A DNA stretch of 64,000 nt from a bacterium (lineage in GTDB: Bacteria; Omnitrophota; Gorgyraeia; Zapsychrales; Zapsychraceae), in assembly GCA_030429765.1 (NCBI GenBank), contig JAUIER010000018.1, positions 9,663 through 73,662 on the forward strand, written 5' to 3'. The notes beneath the pieces were generated by a model that saw only the letters and a list, made by a program, of their open reading frames with translations, ran no database searches and was not told where the DNA came from. This document shows, piece by piece, positions 9,492 to 19,471 of this stretch (the stretch's first letter is position 1; every line of letters starts with the position of its first letter). A program made the position numbers and the translations under genes.

Positions 9492-9919
9492 TGTACGAAG
9501 ATCCCTATTACACCGACAGCATTATCCGTCCGGGATGTGTCCATTACCGCCTCCGTCAGGATCGGGTGATTCTCGGATACATGCAGATTGGCCCGACTCG
9601 ATCCGTGTACTATTCCAAAGATAATTTCTGGTGGCGCAGCGAACCGATCGAGTTCAAACAGAAGGACCGCTCCACGGAGATATACGATGCCAACCGGCAG
9701 ATGATCTTTGAGCACGATTTGGTCCGTCAACGCCGGCAAAGTGAAAAGGATTATACCAAGGTCGGGATTGTGGTGTGGAACGCGGCCCGAGACCGCTTTG
9801 ATATCAATTACATTGAGGAAGGCAAAGTGGAACGCTTTCAAAAAGGACGAAAACCGTCGCCCTTCCGGGACGATCTCAAGGTTTCCGCGCAGATGTTTCC
9901 GGTCGACGAATCCCCGTAA
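9491..9919 (+). CDS. Hypothetical protein (142 aa)
   Basis: Start ATG overlaps the upstream TAA (TAATG), indicating translational coupling with the DUF1499 gene. Confidence 0.5.
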   Translation: MYEDPYYTDSIIRPGCVHYRLRQDRVILGYMQIGPTRSVYYSKDNFWWRSEPIEFKQKDRSTEIYDANRQMIFEHDLVRQRRQSEKDYTKVGIVVWNAARDRFDINYIEEGKVERFQKGRKPSPFRDDLKVSAQMFPVDESP

Positions 9920-9935
9920 ATGTCAGACTTAAAAC

Positions 9936-10493
9936 TCAGGCATTAATCCAATCACTAACCACAAACAAATACCAAAGATTAGCGCCAATGGCGACGTTGC
10001 GCTTAAGGGAATGCATCAGGTAATCCCGGACCTCCTCCCGGTGAATGATGACCACTTCAATATCTTCTGAGGCCTCGAGCTGCTGAACCGGACGCTGATT
10101 GACCGGCGACTCTTCATCGATATGGACGTAAACCACACGTCCTGTATCATTCATCACACCGGAGCCCGATTTAATAAACGGACTTTTCTGTACGATCCTT
10201 CCGGTGTAACCGGTTTCCTCTTTGAGTTCTTCGAGAATCAACTCGTCGGAATCATTGTCGAGCCCGGCGGGAAATCCCAGAATGTAACTTTCAATCGCCG
10301 GCCGGTATTGTTTGATCAATACAAATCGTTGAGACGGGACAAGCTTGGGGATAATTACGCAGCAGGAACTGTTGTTCTGCCGCACAACACTCTCCCATTT
10401 AATATAGTTTCCGTGCTTGTTTTCGAACACGGTCTCTTTCAGTGACAGCCACTTGCCGCGGCCGATGAACCGTTCATTGATTTTTCGCATCAT
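9936..10493 (-). CDS. NUDIX hydrolase (ADP-ribose pyrophosphatase-like)
   Basis: Nudix box GFPAGLDNDSDELILEELKEETGY. Confidence 0.8.
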   Translation of the reverse strand: MMRKINERFIGRGKWLSLKETVFENKHGNYIKWESVVRQNNSSCCVIIPKLVPSQRFVLIKQYRPAIESYILGFPAGLDNDSDELILEELKEETGYTGRIVQKSPFIKSGSGVMNDTGRVVYVHIDEESPVNQRPVQQLEASEDIEVVIIHREEVRDYLMHSLKRNVAIGANLWYLFVVSDWINA

Positions 10494-10513
10494 CGCTCCT
10501 GTGTTGCTGTCAA

Positions 10514-10990
10514 TTAATCGTTAGACTGGAGTGCCTTGACATCCGCCAGAACTTCAGCCGCATGCTCTTCGGGTTTAACCTTGGGATACACCTTGGCCAC
10601 CCGGCCTTTGGGATTCACCAGACATGAACTGCGGGTGATCCCCATGTACTCCTTGCCCATAAACTTTTTCTTGCCCCAGACCCCGTATTCCTTGAGCATT
10701 ACCTGTTCCTCGTCGGATAACAGATCAAAGGTCAAATCAAATTTGTCGGCAAATTTACGGTGACTCTTGGCACTATCGGCACTCACCCCGACAACAGACA
10801 GGTCCAGCTTGTTAAATTTCTGCAGATGCGACTGCATCGCGCAGGCTTCTTTGTTACATCCCGGGGTATTGTCACGCGGGTAGAAATAAATGAGCAGCCA
10901 GTTGCCTTTGAAATCAGTCAGCTTTCGCGGCTCGCCGTCTTGGTTGGGAAGTTTGAAGTTGGGTGCTTTATCGTTTTCTTTGACCTTCAT
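10514..10990 (-). CDS. bcp: Peroxiredoxin Bcp (thiol peroxidase)
   Basis: FYPRDNTPGC peroxidatic Cys motif. 158 aa with an AhpC/TSA fold pattern. Confidence 0.85.
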   Translation of the reverse strand: MKVKENDKAPNFKLPNQDGEPRKLTDFKGNWLLIYFYPRDNTPGCNKEACAMQSHLQKFNKLDLSVVGVSADSAKSHRKFADKFDLTFDLLSDEEQVMLKEYGVWGKKKFMGKEYMGITRSSCLVNPKGRVAKVYPKVKPEEHAAEVLADVKALQSND

Positions 10991-11001
10991 GATTGTCTCC
11001 T

Positions 11002-11574
11002 CTATTCGTCTTCAGGTAGAATTTTTTCCAGACCGGCAATGACTTTTGGATCCAACGGATCAACCGGCGAACCGAACCGTGCGCCCACTTGCCCCCCGGG
11101 ATTGACCAGAAACTTATTGAAGTTCCACGTCACGTCGCCGCGAAAATCGGACAGCTCAGTCAGGTACTTATAGAGTTCGTTGATGTCATCCCCCCGAACA
11201 CTGGACTTGGCAAAGACCGGAAACGTGGTCCGGTATTCCAATCGACAGAACTTCTCGATGTCCTGGTTAGATCCGGGCTCCTGACCGCCGAAATTATTCG
11301 CTGGAAAGGCCAGGACCTCAAAGCCGCGTTGCTTGTACGTTTGATACAAGCGCTCAAGCGAGCCGTACTGAGGGGTATAGCCGCACCGCGATGCCGTGTT
11401 AACGATCAGCAGCGCTTTGCCCGCGAACTGATCGAGCGACACCCAATCCCCGTCCATTGTTTGAACGCGATAAGCATGCACGCCGGTGGCATCGGCAGCC
11501 GTCGCATGCGTTGTCATGATCGAAAGAAATACAACCGCCACAAAAATTATCCTTCTCCATGGAATAGACATCAT
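11002..11574 (-). CDS. Glutathione peroxidase family protein (BtuE-like), secreted
   Basis: LIVNTASRCGYT...FPANNFGGQEPG GPx signature. N-terminal signal peptide. Confidence 0.85.
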   Translation of the reverse strand: MMSIPWRRIIFVAVVFLSIMTTHATAADATGVHAYRVQTMDGDWVSLDQFAGKALLIVNTASRCGYTPQYGSLERLYQTYKQRGFEVLAFPANNFGGQEPGSNQDIEKFCRLEYRTTFPVFAKSSVRGDDINELYKYLTELSDFRGDVTWNFNKFLVNPGGQVGARFGSPVDPLDPKVIAGLEKILPEDE

Positions 11575-11598
11575 GACCCCCTCCTTCGGGTACTGAGA

Positions 11599-12495
11599 TT
11601 AAAAACGCGCGACCAGCTCAAATGTTGTATAGAGCGTTTCTTCCAGCCTTGCTTTGCGCTGATCTTCCTTGTCCACAAATTTAAACGATCGGTTATAGGC
11701 CGCACCGACGGAGAACCGCAGCCGTACGCTTTCATTAAAGCTGTACTGAACGCCGACTCCTGTCGTGTTCTGCTTGTAACGCAAAACACGACCGTCGATA
11801 CCTCCCGTACTGATTTCATATTCATCCAGACGGTAGCGATGTTCAGTGAAGAAGGTGGTTCGGTCATTGTATTGGTAATCAAAGCCGATATCGTCGGACG
11901 TTAATCGAAACGACCATTCATCGCTAAAGGCGTAATTCATGCCCACCACCGGTAGAATTTTCAGGTCAAAATCCGGACGGAACAGTACACCAGCGGTCCA
12001 CAAAAGGTTGTCCCCGCTGTCATATTCGATACGATATTCTGACATCCAGCGGAACGCGCTGGTCTCAAAATCATTGAATGAGTCGCTCCAGGAATCCGTG
12101 AAGTAAGAAGGTATGACCGCTAGACCAATGCGAAATCGGTCGTCATTGAAGTATGGCACCTCAAAGTTGGATCCCACCCGCATTGTACGGCCAACCAGCA
12201 TGGATGGCAAGTCAATCGATGACGAATTGTCACTGATAAACACGTGCTGAAAACCAAAGTCCCATTCCCAGGATACCGCCTCGTCGGGATTAATATCAAA
12301 CTCCACGTCGAGATCATACTCGAAAACGCCGATCTCATTGGCCTTGTTTCGTTCTTCCGCCTTGGGAAACCAACGGTCCAGCGATCGTACGTTGACATCG
12401 ACGCCGCTGATGGCGTCATCGAAAAGCGCTTCGGCCGCACTTGAAACACTAAAAGTAATGGCGCAGGCCATTGTTAGGATCATAAAGTTCCGCAT
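11599..12495 (-). CDS. Outer-membrane beta-barrel protein, hypothetical
   Basis: Start trimmed to MRNFMILTMA, which has a strong AGGAGG ribosome-binding site. Signal peptide, alternating amphipathic strands, C-terminal ...ELVARF with terminal Phe. Confidence 0.5.
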   Translation of the reverse strand: MRNFMILTMACAITFSVSSAAEALFDDAISGVDVNVRSLDRWFPKAEERNKANEIGVFEYDLDVEFDINPDEAVSWEWDFGFQHVFISDNSSSIDLPSMLVGRTMRVGSNFEVPYFNDDRFRIGLAVIPSYFTDSWSDSFNDFETSAFRWMSEYRIEYDSGDNLLWTAGVLFRPDFDLKILPVVGMNYAFSDEWSFRLTSDDIGFDYQYNDRTTFFTEHRYRLDEYEISTGGIDGRVLRYKQNTTGVGVQYSFNESVRLRFSVGAAYNRSFKFVDKEDQRKARLEETLYTTFELVARF

Positions 12496-12543
12496 GATAC
12501 ACCTCCTGTCCGGGCACCCCGTATCGATGCCCTGCATCATTAA

Positions 12544-13257
12544 TTAATCGAAAAGTCGGACGGAGGACAACCCTCCATCGATGTGAAATATCTGTCCGGT
12601 AACAAACTCGGCATGGTCTTCAAGCAGAAAAACAGCCACGCGCGCCATCGACTGAGGATCACCGATTCGTTTGAGCGGATGCCTCGCCTTGGCCAGTTCC
12701 AACTGTTTTTCCCGACTGATCAACGGTTCCGCCAGTCGGGTATTGGTCAGTGACGGCGCAATGGCGTTCACGCGGATATGCGGGGCGAATTCGGCCGCAA
12801 GCGCGCGGGTCAGCCCCTCTACCGCACCTTTGGCTGCGGATATGCTGGCGTGAAACGGCATACCGGTCTGCGCCGCCACACTGCTGAATAGAACGACTGA
12901 CGGATGCGTATCGGCGCGTTTGAGTGCGGGCAGACATGCGCGCAAAACCTTAACGGCACCGAGCAAGTTAATCTCATAGTCCTCCTGGAAGTCTTCATCA
13001 GTCATCCGGGCGAATGGCTTTAGGGTAATCGTCCCCGGGCAGTACACTACACCGTGCAATGGACCACTGATCGCGTTTAGCGGCTCCGCCCCTTGTTTCA
13101 CATCCATTTCAATGTACTGAATCCCATCACGCTCCGCCTGACCGGCGGTGTCGCGTGAGGTGACTATCAGATTGTACTCACGCTTGTGCAGCTGTTCGAC
13201 GACGCATTCGCCGATGCCGGATACACCTCCGACGACAAGTATCGTTCTTGCTGACAT
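12544..13257 (-). CDS. SDR-family oxidoreductase
   Basis: N-terminal Rossmann motif ILVVGGVSGIGE. About 237 aa, classical SDR length. Confidence 0.8.
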   Translation of the reverse strand: MSARTILVVGGVSGIGECVVEQLHKREYNLIVTSRDTAGQAERDGIQYIEMDVKQGAEPLNAISGPLHGVVYCPGTITLKPFARMTDEDFQEDYEINLLGAVKVLRACLPALKRADTHPSVVLFSSVAAQTGMPFHASISAAKGAVEGLTRALAAEFAPHIRVNAIAPSLTNTRLAEPLISREKQLELAKARHPLKRIGDPQSMARVAVFLLEDHAEFVTGQIFHIDGGLSSVRLFD

Positions 13258-13271
13258 ACATTATCCTTTGT

Positions 13272-14747
13272 TTAAGGGTGATTAGCTTCTGAGCGACTGG
13301 CGATCTTCTTGATCATGCCGCCGAAAATGTACTCGTGAAACGGGATTAAGAAGTACCAGTAGAATAAACCGGCCAGGCCGCGCGGTTGAAACTGCGCGTG
13401 CTGGACGAGTTGACTTTGGCCGTTCGACATTTCTTTGATGCGAAAATCCAACCGCGCCAAGCCAGGCAGTTTCATCTCGGCTGAGAGCCCCAGATGTTGG
13501 TTCGTCTGAACGGAAACGACGCGCCAGAAATCCAGAATATCCCCAACGGCAATGTTCACATCATCACGCCGACCACGTGACGCCCCGACGCCGCCGACAA
13601 GCCGGTCAATAAATCCCCTGAGCGCCCACAGCCAGGTGCCGTGGTACCAGCCGGTTTTACCGCCGATCCGTGAGACGACGGACCACACATCCTGAGCCGA
13701 GGCATTGATCGTGCGTTCCCGTCGATCTTCCAATATCGTACCGCCCGCCCATTGCGGATCACCTTCCTGGGCCTGAGCGTATCGCGGCATTCGGCCCGCG
13801 TCAGTCCAGTGCGTGGTGACATCATTGGTGTTCACCAGCACCAGCGCCCGGCGAATCGCCTCCCGGCAATCCAGCAATTCCTGCGGGATCAAATCTCTGA
13901 TCCGATCATCCCGGCACACAACAGGGTTTCGCAACCCCTCCGCCAGCGGTCTTGCAATGTAACTAGGCACCGGGGTGACAAAATGAATCCATAAAGAGCT
14001 GAGTTTCGGCGTCAATACCGGAACCGGAATCACAAAACGTTTTCGTAACCCGGCCTCCTCGGCATACGTCCTCATCAAATCCAGGTAGGATACCACCTCA
14101 CTGCCGCCGATATCGTAGGTCTCACCGGTTGTTTGCTCGACGCTGACACATCCGGCCAGATACTCGATCACATTACGGATCGCGATCGGTTGATTGGGCG
14201 TCTTGACCCAGCGGGGCGTGACCATAACCGGCAACCGCTCGACCAAGTACCGTAATATCTCAAACGATGCACTGCCCGACCCGATAATCATCGCCGCCCT
14301 AAACGCCGTGACCGGTACCGGTCCGCTTTTGAGAATCTCTTCGACTTCATGGCGGGATTTCAAATGCTTGCTCAGGTCAGCCGCCTCCTCGCCTAATCCA
14401 CCTAAATAAATAATCCGTTTAAGGCCGCACTGCTGACTGATCCGGATCATATTGTTAGCCGCCTGTCGATCGGCACTTTCGAAATCACGGCTCTGCGGAT
14501 TCATCGAGTGTATCAGGTAAAAGGCAATATCCGAATCCTGCAAGGCCTCACGCAATGAATCTGGATCGTGTATATCAACTTCACACAATTCGACATTGGG
14601 GTCGTTAGACCAGGCGCGACTTTGAAGTTTGTTTTGTGATCGGCCAGTCGCGCGAACCTTGTAACCGTCTTCGAGTAACCGTGGAACCAGACGTCCACCG
14701 ACATATCCGGTGGCTCCTAAGACGACAACGCGTTTGACTTCGCTCAT
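13272..14747 (-). CDS. NAD(P)H-binding (NmrA/atypical SDR) domain fused to DUF2867
   Basis: VVVLGATGYVGGRLVPRLL Rossmann motif. C-terminal half resembles DUF2867, a common fusion. Confidence 0.7.
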   Translation of the reverse strand: MSEVKRVVVLGATGYVGGRLVPRLLEDGYKVRATGRSQNKLQSRAWSNDPNVELCEVDIHDPDSLREALQDSDIAFYLIHSMNPQSRDFESADRQAANNMIRISQQCGLKRIIYLGGLGEEAADLSKHLKSRHEVEEILKSGPVPVTAFRAAMIIGSGSASFEILRYLVERLPVMVTPRWVKTPNQPIAIRNVIEYLAGCVSVEQTTGETYDIGGSEVVSYLDLMRTYAEEAGLRKRFVIPVPVLTPKLSSLWIHFVTPVPSYIARPLAEGLRNPVVCRDDRIRDLIPQELLDCREAIRRALVLVNTNDVTTHWTDAGRMPRYAQAQEGDPQWAGGTILEDRRERTINASAQDVWSVVSRIGGKTGWYHGTWLWALRGFIDRLVGGVGASRGRRDDVNIAVGDILDFWRVVSVQTNQHLGLSAEMKLPGLARLDFRIKEMSNGQSQLVQHAQFQPRGLAGLFYWYFLIPFHEYIFGGMIKKIASRSEANHP

Positions 14748-15127
14748 TGGACACGATCCCTTTTAAAGATGAACACGGATTCATCCGACGGCCAGTCCTC
14801 AAAGACATATTCGGGTGCGACAAGCGGCCGATAATCCGCGGGTTGCTCGATGGGAAACGTCACAACGTCCCATACCCCCGCGCCAAAGCGTTTGAAGTCC
14901 TGCACCACACCGTACACGGCACCTGAAATCACCCACACAATGATATGATCGGTCTGCTGCGCGCCTTCGATCCAATACTGCCGGGCCTGCCGCGGTATTT
15001 CAAACGGAGCCGTGACGATATTGACCAAACCGCGCTTGAGCTTTTGAGCGGGCGAAGAGGCATGTGCCGTTCCACTCCAAATAAGTAGTGACAAAATCAC
15101 AATTATGTTTGTCGATGCCCGTCTCAC
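14744..15127 (-). CDS. Secreted small protein, possible exosortase-system-associated (TIGR04073-like)
   Basis: Signal peptide plus a KLKRGLVNIVTAPFEIP motif reminiscent of the TIGR04073 family. I cannot confirm this without an HMM. Confidence 0.45.
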   Translation of the reverse strand: MRRASTNIIVILSLLIWSGTAHASSPAQKLKRGLVNIVTAPFEIPRQARQYWIEGAQQTDHIIVWVISGAVYGVVQDFKRFGAGVWDVVTFPIEQPADYRPLVAPEYVFEDWPSDESVFIFKRDRVQ

Positions 15128-15140
15128 GATTCAGCTTCTC

Positions 15141-15980
15141 CTAGAGGTAATCTTCAATCCTTATCTTTTGAAATTCCAGCGTCAACGGTGTCTCATCGCG
15201 GAAGAATTGATATTCTTCCACAAAAAATTCATGCGAGTATTTGGTCGATCCCACCGAATCGGTGAGCTTGATGTTATGCGCCAATTGAATCCCCTGCACC
15301 TCCCGGTAATCCCGGTATTCCACAACACCGCGATAAGACTTGAGCAGACTTCGAAGCGTGAATTCAACAAAGTCGATACTCAGATCGCGTTGCGATATCC
15401 ACACGATGTACTGGTCTTCTGTCTTGGATACCTCGAAATTTCCGTTGGTGACAAATATCTTGTGATAGAGTTCTCCGTCAAGCTCATCTTCACCTTGATA
15501 GGTAATCACGGACGCATTGACCAAACTCTGCGGCCAGAAAAAGTAGTCACGGATTGGCGGCAGATATCCCATCAGTCTGGCGCTGGTGGCATCCTCACCG
15601 TCGGACGTATATCCCTGGTCACCCCGCGTGATCCAACTCGTTCCGGCCTCGTCTCCATCGAGAAGCGTCATTCGTGCTTCATCACGTTTGAGTTCAAAGA
15701 CAAATTCGATCAACTGATCATTCAGTGTCAGTGGTGTAAATCGCCGGATCAGCCCGGAATACCACACATCACGCGCCGTCACCGTCCATGTGTCAAACCG
15801 GTCCCATTGACTGCTGACGTCCCGCTTCCACGTGGCCTGTTGCAGCAGGATACGTCCGCGTTCGACCTGGGCGGCGTCAAGACCTGTCTTGCGAAGTTGA
15901 GCAGATCGCAAATCTGCGACTGAGCAGCCGCTCAGCCCCAAAACACAAATTGTTAACAAACATAGTTCGGTGATTTTCAT
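15141..15980 (-). CDS. Lipoprotein, hypothetical
   Basis: Lipobox LGLSGCS. No recognisable domain. Confidence 0.55.
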   Translation of the reverse strand: MKITELCLLTICVLGLSGCSVADLRSAQLRKTGLDAAQVERGRILLQQATWKRDVSSQWDRFDTWTVTARDVWYSGLIRRFTPLTLNDQLIEFVFELKRDEARMTLLDGDEAGTSWITRGDQGYTSDGEDATSARLMGYLPPIRDYFFWPQSLVNASVITYQGEDELDGELYHKIFVTNGNFEVSKTEDQYIVWISQRDLSIDFVEFTLRSLLKSYRGVVEYRDYREVQGIQLAHNIKLTDSVGSTKYSHEFFVEEYQFFRDETPLTLEFQKIRIEDYL

Positions 15981-15981
15981 C

Positions 15982-16767
15982 TTAGGCCTTTCTGGGCAGT
16001 GGAATAAAAAAGCTGGTTGTCCGCATATATTCGCGGAAGGCTTCCCCTTTTATGCGCAGCGCGTTCTTCTCCATGATCGGTATACCTGTGACCTTCATCA
16101 GCAGAAACAGCATAAAGGCCGGCGCAAGGGTCCCTAGATATCCCAGCGGACTTCCCAAACACATCACCGCGTACGATACCCACATCCACCATTCAAAAAA
16201 GAAATTGGGATGACGTGAGTAGGCCCAGAGACCTTCCTGACAGATCTTACCTTTGTTCTGCGGCTGGCGCTTGAACCGGTCCAACTGAATGTCGGCGACG
16301 GATTCGCCTACCAAGCCGACGACCCATAGCACAATACCAAATATTTCGATCCAATGGATTGATGTTGACGGGTTGAGAAACATCAGCAGGAACGGCACCG
16401 CGAGGATGAGATTAAAGATCGGCTGAAGCTGATAGATGACGAAGAAGTTTCGGTTGGCGTTGGCACCCCAGTCCTCTCGGAATTGTGCGTAACGGCTGTC
16501 CTCTTCCGCGTCGTTGATCATGCGTGCGATCAGGTGCGACGAAAGTCTTGCCGACCAAGCGGTCACTAAGGCAATCACGATGACCTCTCGGATCCAGTAC
16601 CCGTCCAGCTGCAAGGCGTACCAATACACCAGCAAGGCCATACCGATACTCCAGCCGATGTCGGCCGTGGTCGCATTACGTGTACGTGACTGAATCAACC
16701 AGAGAACTAATTGTAGTGTGAACAGGATCAGATATCCTGAAATGATCGTTCCTAAAACTCCTGTCAT
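15982..16767 (-). CDS. DUF1295 / steroid-5-alpha-reductase-like membrane methyltransferase-fold protein
   Basis: GLWAYSRHPNFFFEWWMW motif. Polytopic. Confidence 0.75.
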   Translation of the reverse strand: MTGVLGTIISGYLILFTLQLVLWLIQSRTRNATTADIGWSIGMALLVYWYALQLDGYWIREVIVIALVTAWSARLSSHLIARMINDAEEDSRYAQFREDWGANANRNFFVIYQLQPIFNLILAVPFLLMFLNPSTSIHWIEIFGIVLWVVGLVGESVADIQLDRFKRQPQNKGKICQEGLWAYSRHPNFFFEWWMWVSYAVMCLGSPLGYLGTLAPAFMLFLLMKVTGIPIMEKNALRIKGEAFREYMRTTSFFIPLPRKA

Positions 16768-16777
16768 GCCTACCCCC

Positions 16778-17467
16778 TTATGCCATACTCACTTTGCCGG
16801 ATAGATGTTTGCGTAATACCTTTTTCATGTAGACCGAGAACACGATCAGGACGACCACGATAAAGATGCCCACGGCCCATGTCTGCGCACCGCCAAATTC
16901 AAAATCTCCGGGAGAACTGATAACCGTTCCCGTGACCGAACCCATGTAGGTGTACAGCAGGAGCATGGCGGACATACCGAGCCATGTGCCCCACAGGTAT
17001 TCTCGAACCTTCATCTTGGACAGTCCGCATGTGACATTGAGGACGATCATGTGAACAATCGGCACCGCGCGCAGCATAGCCAAAACCTTCCACCCCTCTT
17101 CTTCGATCGCCCGGATCAATCCTTGCACCTTGTCATGGTTGGCAAACTTCTCGGCAAACCATTCGCGGGCGGAGAAACGGGATAGGAGAAACATCCCCAG
17201 ACACGAGGCCAGATTCCCCAGCGATACGACGATCCATCCGACCCATGGTCCGAACAGGATTCCGGCCGCAATACTGAGCATGAATACCGGAAACAGCCAC
17301 GAGGACGTCAACGAGAAGAAAACAAAATAGATCACGGGCGCCCACACACCAAAACCGCGAAACCATTCGATCATAGTGTTGAGATACTCGGTCAACGGCA
17401 AGCGCGATAATCCGAAGAGGATCGCCACAAACAGTACGATTCCGATGATCAGTTTTTTGTTATTCAT
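16778..17467 (-). CDS. TVP38/TMEM64 (DedA-related) family membrane protein
   Basis: Start trimmed to MNNKKLIIGIVLF; the track ORF extends to 17575. Membrane topology and motifs are consistent with the SNARE-associated family. Confidence 0.7.
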   Translation of the reverse strand: MNNKKLIIGIVLFVAILFGLSRLPLTEYLNTMIEWFRGFGVWAPVIYFVFFSLTSSWLFPVFMLSIAAGILFGPWVGWIVVSLGNLASCLGMFLLSRFSAREWFAEKFANHDKVQGLIRAIEEEGWKVLAMLRAVPIVHMIVLNVTCGLSKMKVREYLWGTWLGMSAMLLLYTYMGSVTGTVISSPGDFEFGGAQTWAVGIFIVVVLIVFSVYMKKVLRKHLSGKVSMA

Positions 17468-17480
17468 CTCTTCGTCTCCC

Positions 17481-17927
17481 TTAGGCCTGATGATGGCTGG
17501 CCATTTTTTTCTTCGCGTATCTGATGATCCCCCCGACGAGCGGAAGTCCTTCATAAACAAAAGCGCCCATGTCAAAGTAATCCCGGTGGTAGATGGCCTT
17601 GCCGTCTTCGTGGTTAAAATGAATCACCGAAACGCCTTCGACCTGAATGGGTTTACCGCCGTTGAGCTTCTTAGCGGTCAGGTCCATCCGCCAGACCAAT
17701 GTTGTTTTGTTATCCTCGACGATTTCGTCGTGGATGATAAAGTCGATCGATTCAACATTTTTGTACATGTTCGCGTAGTAGTTCTTCACGTTCATCCGTC
17801 CGCGGATATCCACGATTGGATCCTGAAAACGGCAGCCTTCACTATAGAAGTCATCAACCAGATGCATGGTTTTGGCGCTCAGCTGCTGAAAGAATTCTCG
17901 ACTAGATAGATATTGTGTCATGTTCAT
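17481..17927 (-). CDS. NTF2-like/SnoaL-like small protein
   Basis: About 148 aa with an alpha+beta cone-like pattern. Sits between the DedA-like gene and the methyltransferase. Confidence 0.45.
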   Translation of the reverse strand: MNMTQYLSSREFFQQLSAKTMHLVDDFYSEGCRFQDPIVDIRGRMNVKNYYANMYKNVESIDFIIHDEIVEDNKTTLVWRMDLTAKKLNGGKPIQVEGVSVIHFNHEDGKAIYHRDYFDMGAFVYEGLPLVGGIIRYAKKKMASHHQA

Positions 17928-18864
17928 CCCTCACTGGTTGACGGTTTACAGACGGTGATTGAGCGCGGCCCTCGGTACGATTGGGGAATTCGGAAACATA
18001 TTCGGGTTTCTGGGCCGCGAAAATTCGATACTGATGTATGCCGCTACTGAGCGCCTCGTACTGCGTCCGGTTTGCCCGGACCAACCGGTTTTGGCTTTCG
18101 CTCCGGAGGCCCAGTCGCTTGAGTAAGCCGCCTAGCGCCACACCAAACCAGGACATCTGATTGAGCCGACGCGACGACGGCAGTACATTGTGCGTCACGT
18201 CAAAGAACTGGATTTGCCTGAGGTCAAGCGTCTCGAGCATGCAGTCAAAACGCTGCGCATACTCAAATTCATGGAAGCATAGACCGCCGAGCACCGTCTG
18301 TCTGAGGGCTTCGGTCGAGGCGGAAAAACGGTCACGGCTGCGGAAATAGTCGGCGCCGATGATCCGTCCTCCGGGCTTTAATAGCCGGGTCCATTCGCGT
18401 AACGCGAGATATTGATCCGCCGAATGTGACAGACTCTCAACCGCCCACACCACGTCGAATTGCTCATCTTGCAAATCAATGGCATGAAAATCCTGAACGG
18501 CAAACTTCACCAGATGTGCGACATTGTGACGCTTGGCATTACGTCTGGCCTCACCGATCTGTTGAGGCGAAACATTGATCCCCAACACGCGACATCCATA
18601 CTCGCGCGCCAGGCGGATTGCGCTGCCGCCGACACCGCATCCTACATCCAACACATAATCGGTGTCGCGAATCCCAACCTCCTCGGCCAGAAATGCGTCG
18701 GTGCGTGCCAGGGCTTCAGGAACCGAGTTAACGCGCTCGTCCCAGAAACCGATACGCATCGACATACTCTGATCCAAGTCCCAGAAGCGGACATAGTCGT
18801 CGCGCACGTCGCTGTAATACATATTCGAAATCCTGATATTTGATGTCCCTTGAGTTTTCATCAT
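17902..18864 (-). CDS. Class I SAM-dependent methyltransferase, cyclopropane-fatty-acyl-phospholipid-synthase-like
   Basis: SAM motif I VLDVGCGVGGSAIRLAREYGCRVLGINVS, CFA/mycolic acid methyltransferase-like. Confidence 0.75.
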   Translation of the reverse strand: MMKTQGTSNIRISNMYYSDVRDDYVRFWDLDQSMSMRIGFWDERVNSVPEALARTDAFLAEEVGIRDTDYVLDVGCGVGGSAIRLAREYGCRVLGINVSPQQIGEARRNAKRHNVAHLVKFAVQDFHAIDLQDEQFDVVWAVESLSHSADQYLALREWTRLLKPGGRIIGADYFRSRDRFSASTEALRQTVLGGLCFHEFEYAQRFDCMLETLDLRQIQFFDVTHNVLPSSRRLNQMSWFGVALGGLLKRLGLRSESQNRLVRANRTQYEALSSGIHQYRIFAAQKPEYVSEFPNRTEGRAQSPSVNRQPVRDEHDTISI

Positions 18865-18895
18865 GCACCTTAACCTTTCGGCTAGTACGCCTCGT

Positions 18896-19471
18896 TTAGG
18901 TAACTCCCAAAATCTGTTTTTTTAGCTTCTTGTCGAATGGCTTGTCACCGATCCAGACCGCGTACAGGGCCTTTGAAAATCGCTCGCCTTCGATGATCCC
19001 GACCAGCTCTCCGTTATGCAGAAATTTGGTGCCGATTTGCGGGATATACATCAGCTCGTAGGTGTCTCCCGGTTCGAGGTCGACAAAGTATTGACGCATT
19101 AGCCTGATCTCCCGATCCAGCGTGTTGAACTCTTCCTTGGAGATATTGTCGAGCATGGACTTGATCGTGAAGTCGCTGAGCTTACGGCCGGGAATACTCA
19201 CATGATAACGAACGCGGATCTTCTTGGCCGCTGCCTCAAGGTCGACCCCGTCTTCCTTATAGAGGCCCGCTTCGAACGCCTTGATGAACAGCATCGACTT
19301 TTCTCCCACTCCCTGAAGCTTCATATTGATACCGCTGTTTGAGAACTCCGGAGGAAAATCCGCTGTCTCTCCGGCCTGGGCCCAAACGGCTCCGCACAGG
19401 CTCAATATGATGACGGCTGCGGTACAGATCACTGGCTTAACTTGCGAAATTTTCAGAATGTTTGCTGCCAT
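18896..19471 (-). CDS. Chalcone-isomerase-like (fatty-acid-binding) secreted protein
   Basis: Signal peptide. LFIKAFEAGLYKE motif typical of the bacterial CHI-like family found in cfa-associated clusters. Confidence 0.6.
   Translation of the reverse strand: MAANILKISQVKPVICTAAVIILSLCGAVWAQAGETADFPPEFSNSGINMKLQGVGEKSMLFIKAFEAGLYKEDGVDLEAAAKKIRVRYHVSIPGRKLSDFTIKSMLDNISKEEFNTLDREIRLMRQYFVDLEPGDTYELMYIPQIGTKFLHNGELVGIIEGERFSKALYAVWIGDKPFDKKLKKQILGVT

Noticed and set aside
12544-13257. SDR lacking an obvious YxxxK catalytic tyrosine in the expected position (FHASISAAK).
   Set aside because: I cannot align it reliably by eye. Atypical SDRs exist, so this is not flagged as a finding without a profile alignment.
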